Assembly (NCBI GenBank): GCA_038240835.1
Contig: JBBRGJ010000002.1
Span: 1-57,831, forward strand
DNA: 57,831 nucleotides
Direction of reading: 5' to 3'
From: Bacteroidales bacterium
GTDB lineage: Bacteria; Bacteroidota; Bacteroidia; Bacteroidales; WCHB1-69
Both the position numbers and the translations under genes were made by a program. The notes under the pieces are model-generated. The model ran no database searches. It saw nothing but the letters and a program-made list of their open reading frames with translations, and had not been told where the DNA came from. Of this stretch, positions 45,600 through 54,500 are shown one piece after another (the first letter of the stretch is position 1; each line of letters begins with the position of its first letter).

Positions 45600-46583
45600 T
45601 CAATCCATCTCTCGATACTGCTCTTTGATTATTTCAATGGTTTCCAAAATCTCTTTTACGGAATAGGAGGTTAACAGTTTTATTTTGAAGGGTTTGAAAT
45701 CACGCAGGCCACTGAAATAGTGGTTGTACTGGCGACGCATTTCTAAAACTCCTGCTCGTTCGCCTTTCCAGGCTACAGAGGTGGTCAGGTGTTCGATGCA
45801 CGTATCTGCTTTTTCGATAATGCCGGGGCGGGAGAGAAGTTCGCCCGTGTTTAAAAAGTGTTTAATCTCTGCAAAAATCCATGGATTGCCTGTGGCGGCT
45901 CTTCCGACCATGATGGCATCTACGCCCGTCTCTTCAAAGCGTTGTTTGGCAATTTCTGGACTGGAAATATCGCCGTTTCCAATAATTGGAATGTGGATAT
46001 TTGGATGATTTTTTACTTCACCAATCAATGTCCAATCGGCTTCTCCCATGTACATTTGTGGTCGAGTGCGTCCGTGAATGGTGAGCGCAGCAATGCCAAT
46101 GTCTTGCAATCGCAATGCGATATCTACAATGGGTTTGTCGGAGTTGTCGTAGCCCAGACGAGTTTTTACGGTAACAGGAATATTTACTGCATCCACGACA
46201 GCCTTGGTGATGGCCACCATTTTGGGAATATTATTCAAAATTCCAGAACCAGAACCTTTGGACGCAACTTTTCGAACGGGGCAACCCCAGTTGATGTCGA
46301 TTACATTTGGATTTGCCGATTGAGCCACTAAGGCTGCTTCTACCATGGCTTGCTCCTCGTTGCCAAAAATCTGGATTCCAATGGGACGTTCGCTATCGTC
46401 GAATTCCATTTTTCGTTTACTTTTCTCCACATCGCGACGCAACGCTTCGGAAGCAATAAACTCGGTGTACACCATGTCCGCCCCAAACCGTTTGCACAGT
46501 CTGCGAAAAGGCGCATCCGAAATCTCCTCCATGGGTGCTAAAAAAACGGGATATTTCCCAAACTCAGTCGTTCCTATCTTCAC
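45600..46583 (-). CDS. dusB: tRNA-dihydrouridine synthase
   Basis: It has FLAPMEEISDAPFRRLC, DINWGCP, the catalytic Cys context and TIHGRTR. Only a GTG start is available upstream of the conserved N-terminus. Confidence 0.9.
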   Translation of the reverse strand: MKIGTTEFGKYPVFLAPMEEISDAPFRRLCKRFGADMVYTEFIASEALRRDVEKSKRKMEFDDSERPIGIQIFGNEEQAMVEAALVAQSANPNVIDINWGCPVRKVASKGSGSGILNNIPKMVAITKAVVDAVNIPVTVKTRLGYDNSDKPIVDIALRLQDIGIAALTIHGRTRPQMYMGEADWTLIGEVKNHPNIHIPIIGNGDISSPEIAKQRFEETGVDAIMVGRAATGNPWIFAEIKHFLNTGELLSRPGIIEKADTCIEHLTTSVAWKGERAGVLEMRRQYNHYFSGLRDFKPFKIKLLTSYSVKEILETIEIIKEQYREMD

Positions 46584-46610
46584 AAATTATAGTTTTAGAG
46601 TGCAAAAGTA

Positions 46611-46774
46611 GTGAAAAAGGAGGAGAAGACATTTCGTGAAACGTGAAATGTGAAAAGAAGTGCGCGAAGCGAGTCTGGAGATAGCAATGTGAAAAGACAG
46701 ATAGCCGTGTGAAACGTGAAAAGAAGATCCGCGAAGCGAGTTCATAGATAGCAATGTGAAAAGAAGAACGAATT
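46611..46774. repeat. GTGAAA-rich tandem repeats (two units of about 66-73 bp)
   Basis: Eight plus-strand GTGAAA hexamers start at 46611, 46636, 46643, 46650, 46689, 46709, 46716 and 46756. The repeated core is GCGAAGCGAGT...ATAGCAATGTGAAAAGA. Confidence 0.85.
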
Positions 46775-46860
46775 AGGAGAGATGATAGTAAATTGGGGAT
46801 TTCTCTTCTTTGAGCTTTTTTGTGGCACAGCCAATAGTTTAAACTATGACACAAAATACA

Positions 46861-46960
46861 TTTATCTGCCAGCAGGCTAGGTAGACAAAGAAGATTTATC
46901 TGCCAGCTTGCTAGGTAGAAACAAAACACATTTATCTACCAGCATGCGAGGTAGACAAAG
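46861..46960. repeat. Three tandem units of about 35 bp, each a small hairpin
   Basis: TTTATCTGCCAGC(a/t)(g/t)GCTAGGTAGA(c/a)A occurs three times. The stems are TCTGCC/GGTAGA in units 1 and 2 (G-U in plus-strand RNA) and TCTACC/GGTAGA in unit 3 (fully Watson-Crick). Confidence 0.85.
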
Positions 46961-46996
46961 ACTTCTTACTTCCGTATTCTTTCTTCCTCTTCTTCT

Positions 46997-47024
46997 TTTC
47001 ACGTTTCACAAAAAATCTTTTCAC
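46997..47024. repeat. Inverted copy of the GTGAAACGTGAAAAGAAG module
   Basis: CTTCTTTTCACGTTTCAC is the reverse complement of 46709-46726. Three TTTCAC hexamers start at 46997, 47004 and 47019. Confidence 0.8.
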
Positions 47025-47044
47025 GTGCTATCAAATTAAAATCG

Positions 47045-47052
47045 TATTTTTG
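47045..47052 (+). promoter_or_regulatory. Bacteroidota -7 box upstream of the yitT-family gene
   Basis: TATTTTTG lies 16 nt upstream of the ATG at 47068. Confidence 0.45.
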
Positions 47053-47067
47053 CCACAAATAAAAAAG

Positions 47068-47979
47068 ATGAAACCTATTAATTATAAAAAGATCACAAAA
47101 GAGTACTTGCAAATCCTTCTTGGATCGGCAATTATGGCTTTTGGGTATGTAGTTTTTATCTCACCCTACAAATTGGCACCAGGTGGAGTATATGGAATCG
47201 CAATCACCGTTCACCACCTCACGAAGGGATTATTTGATTTTTTTCCAGATGGATTTCCCATTGGCGCCGTTGCACTCTCTATGGATATTCCATTGGCGAT
47301 TATTGGAACAATTATTCTAGGACCTAAGTTTGGACTTAAAACCGTGGTAGGTTTTTTCTCTTTAGCAATTTTTACAGATTTAATTTTACGCTGGTGGGGA
47401 TCAGCTCCGCTTATTGTAGATGATATGATGCTCTCTTCTATATTTGGGGGAGTGGCTTTAGGAATTGGTTTGGGATTGATTTTCAGAACCAGAGCTACTT
47501 CTGGTGGAACAGATATTGTGGCTATGATTATCAATAAATATCTACATATGCCCATCGGAACGCTGCTTATTATTGTAGATTCTGTAGTGGTTACCGTTAG
47601 TATATTTGCATACCAAGATTGGAAAATACCTTTTTACTCCTTGATAGTGATTTACATTACAGGCAAAGTGATAGATGCTGTAATTCAAGGCGTTAGCAGT
47701 GATAAAACGGTGTATATTATTTCTGACAAATACGAAGAGATTCGAGAAAAGATAATAAACAAATTAGAACGTGGCGGAACTTACATTCACGGAGAAGGAA
47801 TGTACGACCACCAGTCGAAGAAAATTATTTATACCATTGTAGAACGGAAGCAATTGCCCATTTTGATCGAGTTTGTTCACGAAATTGATAGCAATGCATT
47901 TCTATCCGTTGTCAATTCAAATCAAACATTAGGGAATGGTTTCAAATCATTACGAGAAGCAACTTTGAAAAATTTATAA
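47068..47979 (+). CDS. YitT-family membrane protein (DUF2179 C-terminal domain)
   Basis: The membrane core has 5-6 TM helices with G-rich motifs (SGGTDIVA). The C-terminal soluble DUF2179-like domain contains ERGGTYIHGEGMY. I used the ATG at 47068. Confidence 0.75.
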   Translation: MKPINYKKITKEYLQILLGSAIMAFGYVVFISPYKLAPGGVYGIAITVHHLTKGLFDFFPDGFPIGAVALSMDIPLAIIGTIILGPKFGLKTVVGFFSLAIFTDLILRWWGSAPLIVDDMMLSSIFGGVALGIGLGLIFRTRATSGGTDIVAMIINKYLHMPIGTLLIIVDSVVVTVSIFAYQDWKIPFYSLIVIYITGKVIDAVIQGVSSDKTVYIISDKYEEIREKIINKLERGGTYIHGEGMYDHQSKKIIYTIVERKQLPILIEFVHEIDSNAFLSVVNSNQTLGNGFKSLREATLKNL

Positions 47980-47997
47980 TATAAAAAGAATAGAATC

Positions 47998-48909
47998 ATG
48001 TCGATAGAACTAACAAATATAACAAAAAAGTACGGAGAGCAATTAGCGGTTAATAATGTCTCGTTTTCCATTCAAAAGGGAGAAGTCGTTGGGATATTGG
48101 GTCCAAATGGTGCTGGAAAATCGACCATGATGAAAATTCTAACCTGTTTTATTCCTCAAACGGAGGGCGAAGCCAAAGTATGTGGATTCAATGTTCTTAC
48201 CGATTCGTTGGAAGTGCGCAAAAGAGTAGGGTATTTACCCGAAAACAATCCTTTGTATTTGGATATGTATGTAAGAGAATATTTAGAATTTGTTGCGGGC
48301 ATTCACCATTTAGGTGCTAGCACCAAAAGCAGAATCGACGAAATGATTGAAATGACTGGATTAGGTGCTGAGCAACACAAAAAAATTGGAGCACTTTCTA
48401 AAGGATATCGTCAACGGGTCGGACTGGCTCAAGCCATGATTCACGATCCAGAAGTATTGATTTTAGATGAGCCAACTTCGGGATTAGATCCAAATCAATT
48501 GGTCGATATTCGTAAATTGATTATGGAGGTGGGTAAAAACAAAACGATTTTACTAAGTACTCACATCATGCAAGAGGTAGAAGCCATGTGTAGCCGGGTG
48601 ATTATTATCAACGAAGGAAAAATCGTAGCCGATGATCAAACAGCACAAATGCATCAGTTGCAAATAGGGCAAGATTTTGTAATTGTAGAGTTTGTAGAAG
48701 AAGTTCCTATGAGTGAATTGAAATCAATTTCGGGCGTAAAATCAGTGGTGAAGATCAGCAATACAGAATTTAAAATTGAAGCTGCTGGCAAAGAAGATAT
48801 TAGACCGACAATTTCTCGATTTGTAAAAAAAATGAACTATACATTGCTTTCCATGAACAAATTGGAACATGGATTAGAGGAGGTGTTTAGAAATTTAACA
48901 AAAAAATAA
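47998..48909 (+). CDS. gldA: ABC transporter ATP-binding protein, GldA-like (gliding-motility ABC ATPase)
   Basis: It has Walker A GPNGAGKST, the signature LSKGYRQRVGLA and Walker B LILDEPTSGLD. Overall collinearity with remembered Flavobacterium GldA is good. No gldF/G is adjacent in the window. Confidence 0.6.
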   Translation: MSIELTNITKKYGEQLAVNNVSFSIQKGEVVGILGPNGAGKSTMMKILTCFIPQTEGEAKVCGFNVLTDSLEVRKRVGYLPENNPLYLDMYVREYLEFVAGIHHLGASTKSRIDEMIEMTGLGAEQHKKIGALSKGYRQRVGLAQAMIHDPEVLILDEPTSGLDPNQLVDIRKLIMEVGKNKTILLSTHIMQEVEAMCSRVIIINEGKIVADDQTAQMHQLQIGQDFVIVEFVEEVPMSELKSISGVKSVVKISNTEFKIEAAGKEDIRPTISRFVKKMNYTLLSMNKLEHGLEEVFRNLTKK

Positions 48910-48942
48910 ATTCAAAAAGGGTTCTATGCGAATTGTTTTTTG

Positions 48943-48950
48943 TAATTTTG
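48943..48950 (+). promoter_or_regulatory. Bacteroidota -7 box upstream of metK, implying a leader of about 110 nt
   Basis: TAATTTTG lies 118 nt upstream of the ATG at 49068. Confidence 0.4.
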
Positions 48951-49067
48951 CATAAAAATAGTGGAAAAATTTGATTGATTGCAACCACACAAAAAAATGC
49001 TAAACCAGTTTTTTGCGATATTCAATCTAGTTTTTCCCATAATATTAATTTTTTAAATTTAAATATA

Positions 49068-50369
49068 ATGGGATACTTATTTACTTCAGAAAGCGTATCA
49101 GAGGGTCATCCTGACAAAGTGAGCGACCAAATATCTGACGCATTATTAGACGAATTTTTACGTTGGGATCCAGAATCAAAAGTAGCTTGTGAAACACTTG
49201 TAACTACTGGTTTAGTAGTTTGTGCTGGAGAAGTTAAAACCGAAGGTTTTGTACACATTGATGATGTAGCTCGTAAAGCAATTCATAAAATTGGATACAC
49301 CAAAGCCGAATATCGTTTCGACAGTGCTTCTTGTGGCGTTATTGCTGCAATTCATGAGCAATCACCGGACATTAACCAAGGCGTTGAGCGCAAAAGTGCT
49401 GAAGAGCAAGGTGCTGGAGATCAGGGGATGATGTTTGGATATGCTTGTTCAGAGATGGACAGTTTTATACCGATTTCGATTGATCTTTCTCACCGTCTTT
49501 TGATGGAACTTGCCGAAATTAGACGCGAAGGAAAACGAATGAAATATCTTCGTCCTGATGCAAAATCGCAAGTAACGATTGAGTATGATGACAAAGGAAA
49601 ACCTAAACGCATCGATACCATAGTTGTTTCGACTCAACATGATGATTTTGCAGAAGAATCAGTAATGTTAGCTCAAATAGAAGCAGACGTGAAAAATGTT
49701 TTGATTCCAAGAGTTAAAAAATCATGTCCAGAGAGTGTGAAAAAACTTTTCAAGGGAGATTTTAAATTGCATGTGAATCCAACAGGTAAATTTGTAATTG
49801 GTGGTCCTCATGGAGATACTGGTCTTACTGGCCGAAAAATCATTGTAGATACTTATGGTGGCAAAGGTGCTCATGGTGGTGGTGCTTTTTCGGGAAAAGA
49901 TTCCTCAAAAGTTGACCGCTCTGCTGCGTATGCTGCACGTCATATTGCAAAAAACATGGTTGCCGCTGGTCTTTGCGAAGAGGTTTTGGTACAAGTAGCG
50001 TATGCTATTGGAGTGGCACAGCCGGTTGGTTTGTATGTAAATACTTACAACACAACCAAGGTAAAAGATGCTACGGGTAAAAAAATGTCGGATGGTAGAA
50101 TTGCAGAAATCATCAATGGTATTTTTGATATGCGCCCTTATGCAATTATTCAAAGATTTGGCTTGAAAAACCCAATTTTCTCTCCAACAGCTGCTTATGG
50201 CCATTTTGGAAGAACTCCTTATACAGAAGAAATTGAATTATTCTACTCAGATAAAACCACCAAGACTAAAAAAGTGGATGGAAAAGATCGATTTTTCAAA
50301 ACAGTTGATTTCTTCGGTTGGGAAAAACTAGATTATGTTGACAAAATCAAAAAAGAGTTTGGATTGTAA
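49068..50369 (+). CDS. metK: S-adenosylmethionine synthetase
   Basis: It has [50 protein letters not shown] and [10 protein letters not shown] used the ATG at 49068 because the 48975 TTG extension is not conserved-looking. Confidence 0.95.
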   Translation: MGYLFTSESVSEGHPDKVSDQISDALLDEFLRWDPESKVACETLVTTGLVVCAGEVKTEGFVHIDDVARKAIHKIGYTKAEYRFDSASCGVIAAIHEQSPDINQGVERKSAEEQGAGDQGMMFGYACSEMDSFIPISIDLSHRLLMELAEIRREGKRMKYLRPDAKSQVTIEYDDKGKPKRIDTIVVSTQHDDFAEESVMLAQIEADVKNVLIPRVKKSCPESVKKLFKGDFKLHVNPTGKFVIGGPHGDTGLTGRKIIVDTYGGKGAHGGGAFSGKDSSKVDRSAAYAARHIAKNMVAAGLCEEVLVQVAYAIGVAQPVGLYVNTYNTTKVKDATGKKMSDGRIAEIINGIFDMRPYAIIQRFGLKNPIFSPTAAYGHFGRTPYTEEIELFYSDKTTKTKKVDGKDRFFKTVDFFGWEKLDYVDKIKKEFGL

Positions 50370-50387
50370 AAACTCAAATTATTGATA

Positions 50388-50428
50388 CAAAAAAATCCTG
50401 TCAGGTTTTCCTGACAGGATTTTTTTTA
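50388..50428. terminator. Bidirectional terminator between the convergent metK and T9SS-tail gene
   Basis: The 12-bp stem AATCCTGTCAGG / CCTGACAGGATT is flanked by A7 and T8. Confidence 0.85.
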
Positions 50429-50441
50429 TGCCACAAATATA

Positions 50442-51164
50442 TTAGTGTTTAATAATCAGTTTCTTTGTATTCACTGGAGTTCCATTTGAAGCGGAAGTCA
50501 CAAAATAGATTCCATCCACAAATTCACTGGAGTTGATGGAGACTTTGCCGCTACTCATTGCTACATTAGAAGAGTAAACAACCGCTCCAAGCATGTTTTT
50601 GATCATGATTGAGTTGATGTTGTCTTGCAATGAATAATCAATGTTTATTTGATTAGAGGCTGGGTTAGGAGAGATGGTGATTTTGTTGTTGTTTTGAGCG
50701 TAACTGTTTACAGAAACTGGTGTAGCGGTGAATGTTACATTAAAAACTATTTGATTGATTCTGTTTCCATCCTCAGAAAAAACATACCGAACATGGGAAG
50801 ATCCAACTTGATTATGAGGAGCGTAATCAGGGTTGAAAATTCCAGTATCACCTGGTGCTAAAAAAACAGGTGTAGGAGAGGTGTAAGTCTCTTCCCCAAA
50901 GCATTGTCCCCAACAGAATGCTACATCAGTACCGGCAATGGTGTCAATAATTTCTTTGCTGCAAATTATGGGAAGATCTGTTGTTCCAGTGTTGACTACC
51001 CAAAGATTATAATCACCGGGAGCTATAGCAACATTTGCAGGTGTAGAATAGGTTCTATTTCCTCCGTCAAGAATAGCTCCTTGATTGTCGCTCAAAGAAA
51101 AAGTTTGTGCAAAAGTGGAAACAGACAGGGTTAAAAGGAGGATTAAGAGTTGGATTTTTTTCAT
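50442..51164 (-). CDS. Secreted protein with a T9SS type A C-terminal sorting domain
   Basis: The signal peptide ends FA|Q. The C-terminal roughly 80 aa (ISPNPASNQINIDY...MIKNMLGAVVY...DGIYFV....NG....KKLIIKH) match the Por_Secre_tail pattern. Confidence 0.8.
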   Translation of the reverse strand: MKKIQLLILLLTLSVSTFAQTFSLSDNQGAILDGGNRTYSTPANVAIAPGDYNLWVVNTGTTDLPIICSKEIIDTIAGTDVAFCWGQCFGEETYTSPTPVFLAPGDTGIFNPDYAPHNQVGSSHVRYVFSEDGNRINQIVFNVTFTATPVSVNSYAQNNNKITISPNPASNQINIDYSLQDNINSIMIKNMLGAVVYSSNVAMSSGKVSINSSEFVDGIYFVTSASNGTPVNTKKLIIKH

Positions 51165-51182
51165 ATTTTTCTATTTTTATTG

Positions 51183-51190
51183 CAAATATA
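51183..51190 (-). promoter_or_regulatory. Bacteroidota -7 box upstream of the 50442-51164 T9SS-tail gene
   Basis: The minus strand reads TATATTTG about 19 nt upstream of the ATG at 51164. Confidence 0.4.
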
Positions 51191-51475
51191 ATATAGAAAT
51201 ACAAACTTTTGATTTATTTATGATTTAATTTAATCATTTTAACGTTGTTTAGTGAAATAAAGTAAATGTAGGCAATTGTTTAGCTCTAAATAATCAACAA
51301 TATCAGCTAATCTAATAGGAACATAATTGTTTCTTACGTGATTTATCATCTAAATTTTTTTTTTAAAGTATCTAAAAAATGTTATTTTAATGATAAAAGA
51401 AATAATAATTCGTTAGATTGGTCAGAAATTAAATTTTTTTGGCAAAAAAACCATCCATTTTTTAAAAAACTATGG

Positions 51476-51483
51476 TATCTTTG
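51476..51483 (+). promoter_or_regulatory. Bacteroidota -7 box upstream of the giant surface-protein gene
   Basis: TATCTTTG lies 52 nt upstream of the ATG at 51535. Confidence 0.45.
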
Positions 51484-51534
51484 ACGTTGGGAAATTAAAA
51501 AGAATAAATTAAGTTAAACAAAAAACCAAAACGT

Positions 51535-54500
51535 ATGAGAAAACTTGTTACAATGTTTTTGGCTTTGTTCTGTTTTTTAACAGTAAAGGCTCAAACTACA
51601 TTAGTGAACGAAGGATTTGAGGTTATCCCACACTCATTTACTTCTTCTGCCACCGCTTCTATCCCTAATTGGGATACGACGAAGGTGCTAAAATCGTCCG
51701 GATTGATCTCGCTGAGGGGCAAACCCCTTCCACAAGCGGTTTCTACTACCTCCACAGCAAAATTTACAACTTCGGGACATGCCAAAGTGTATTTAAGATT
51801 TAAACACATTTGCAAGCTGTCCTCTGCTGACAAAGGTTACGTAAGATACAGAGTTGGTGGTGGATCTGGAACTTGGAAAACGATTCCATCCGCCGATACA
51901 ATTTACCTAACTTCTCTCGCTAGTGGTAACCCTGGCTATCTGAGCACTGGGTTTTCTTCTCTATCCTATAGCCAATGGCTTACAAATGACAGTACTGTCA
52001 TTCCCACTGATAGTTGGTGGAAACAAGAATTATTTGATGTTTCTTCTTTAGTGTCAAATCAAGATACCGTTGAATTTCAATTTAGAATTGATCGCACTGG
52101 AAACCTAGCAGCTGGAATAACAAACTATGGTTGGTTATTAGATGATGTAGAAGTTATTGCGGCTACCACAGAAATTGGACCTCCATTAATTGTGCAGCAA
52201 CCTGTAATTGTCCAAGATACAGTTTTCGGAACTGGTCCGTGGACAATACGAGCTAAAATTACGGATGAATCTATTATTTCATCTGCAAATTTAGTTTATT
52301 CTACTTTGCGATTAGGTGTTCCCGCGGGACCATTTACTATTCCAATGACACTTGGCACTGGAAATATCTACACTGCCGAAATACCTAGTATGTCTTATCT
52401 AACGCATGTTGATTATCACATTACCGCTACTGACGAACATGGTAACTCTGGGCAAATGGCTGCGAAGTGGTTGTTTAATAAAAGACCTCCAGCATTATTA
52501 ACTGTGGCTAGTGATACTATTTCTTCAGGCAGTATGCCAAATCCATTTTATCAATACTTTACACAAGCAAAAGTTCAGTTTATTGTAAAGGCTAGCGAAC
52601 TTGCAGCATTAGGCCTTTCGGCTGGAAACCTTAGTTCAATTGGTTTTTATGTTAATGCGGTTTCTCCTGCAACTACTGCTGGGAGTTTGTTTAAGAATTT
52701 TTCAATTAAAATTGCAAACACATCTTTGAGTGCTACAACTAGTGCATTTGCTACTGCTCCGTTTACAACGGTGTATACTGCACCTGATTTAGTTGGAAAC
52801 CATACTCTTGGTTGGAATACATTTATCTTTTCAAACTCATTTGTGTGGGACGGTACTAGCAATATTATTGTTGAAACTTGTTTTAATAACTATAATGGTT
52901 CATCGTCTGATTATAGCTCGAATGCTCTAATTCGTCAATCTGTAATGACTTATTCGGCATCATCTTCAGCATATACTGACACAAGTGTGCCAGATGTTTG
53001 TAGCGATGCCGGTTCGTTGTCCGTTACTGCAAGCAACAATCGCCCTGCGGTTCAGTTTGGATATACGCAAGTGGATGTTGCATTGGATGCAGGAATGAAT
53101 GCTATTGTTGAGCCTTCGGCTACTTTAATTGCTTCTAATTTATCGGATGTGATTGTTAGAATTAAAAGTGGTGGAACCACAGACTTGACTTCGGCGACTG
53201 TGAATTGGACTTTGGATGGTGTTGTGCAAACTCCTTATTCATGGACTGGTTTGTTGTCACAAGATCAAGTGTCTACCAATTTAACTTTAGCTACAGCCGT
53301 TAACTTTGCTTCAGGATCACACGAGATCAAAGTGTGGGTATCTGCACCTAATGGAGGCACTGATTTGTACGCTGGAAATGACACAATTCAAAAATCAATT
53401 TATTCTTGTGGTGGAACGTTAGCAGCTGGTACATACACCGTTGGTGGTGTTTCTCCTGATTTTGCTACCTTTCAAGATGTAAAAACGAAGTTGAATGTTT
53501 GTGGAATTTCTGGTCCTGTTGTTTTCAATGTTCGCCCAGGTACTTACAACACATCGTTGAGTTTGAACAATATTTTGGGTGGCTCTTATGTCAACACAGT
53601 GACCATTAAGTCAGAAAACAATGATCCTGCTTCGGTAGTGATATTAGATGAAACAAATGATGTAGCTACTTTAACGTTGGATTCTGTTTCTAACTTCAGA
53701 CTTCAAAGTATAACCTTAAAAACTACCGCTACTTCTAAAAATAGATTAGTTTGGTTAAAAGGTCGCAGTGTAGATGTTCAGTTTACAAATAACATCTTTG
53801 AAGGCTTGGATACCAATTCTACTTCAAATAATTTTGCACTCTTCTATTCTAATAAATTAAGCACCGAAAAGGATTCATTATTAGTTGTAGATGGAAATAC
53901 ATTTAAGAAAGGTTCTTATGGAATTTATCTATATGGAACTTCATCGAATCCTAATACTACTATTTCCATTCAAAACAACACCTTTCTAAGTCAAGCTTAT
54001 GAAGGTATGTACTTGTATTATAATAATAAATATACCATTAATAACAATACAATAACTCAGAGTGCAAGCTCAACTCAGAGTTTCTATGGTATATATTTGA
54101 GTTCTTGCAAGGAAGGGTTGTCTGTTTCCAAAAACAAAATCTTAGCGAAGAATTTGTATTATGGAATGTACATTAGTTCATCCAAAGGATCTATTACAGC
54201 CCCAATGTTAATATCAAACAACTTTATCGCATCTAGTGGAACTGCTTCATCAGGAACTGGTTTTTACCTTACCACTTGCGACACGACAAATTTTTTCTAC
54301 AATACTGTAAACCTTAATGGAACTTCTACTGCTTCGAGAGCTATTTATGTTTCAAGTGGGAAGGATTTGAATATACGTAACAATAACTTTGCAAACAATG
54401 CAGGGGGTTATGCGTATTATATTTCAACTATGCCAACTAACTTCTTGTCTAACTACAACAATCTTTATTCAAGTGGTGGTGCGATTGGATATTCCTCTTC

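Noticed and set aside
45724-46611. Several plus-strand ORFs (94, 157, 63 and 88 aa) inside dusB.
   Set aside because: They are antisense to a strongly conserved Dus gene. Their composition is typical of shadow ORFs.
46564-46929. A 121-aa minus-strand ORF upstream of dusB.
   Set aside because: It is built from the GTGAAA and 35-bp tandem repeats. It would overlap the dusB start, and its sequence is repeat-derived low complexity.
48975-49067. N-terminal extensions from TTG starts in the ORF track. Examples are metK at 48975, HAD at 3697, ppiD-like at 15781, OmpH at 29227, yitT at 47050, birA at 39133, rlpA at 26044 and hipB at 3362.
   Set aside because: An in-frame ATG immediately precedes the conserved N-terminus in each case, and the extensions lack conservation-like sequence.
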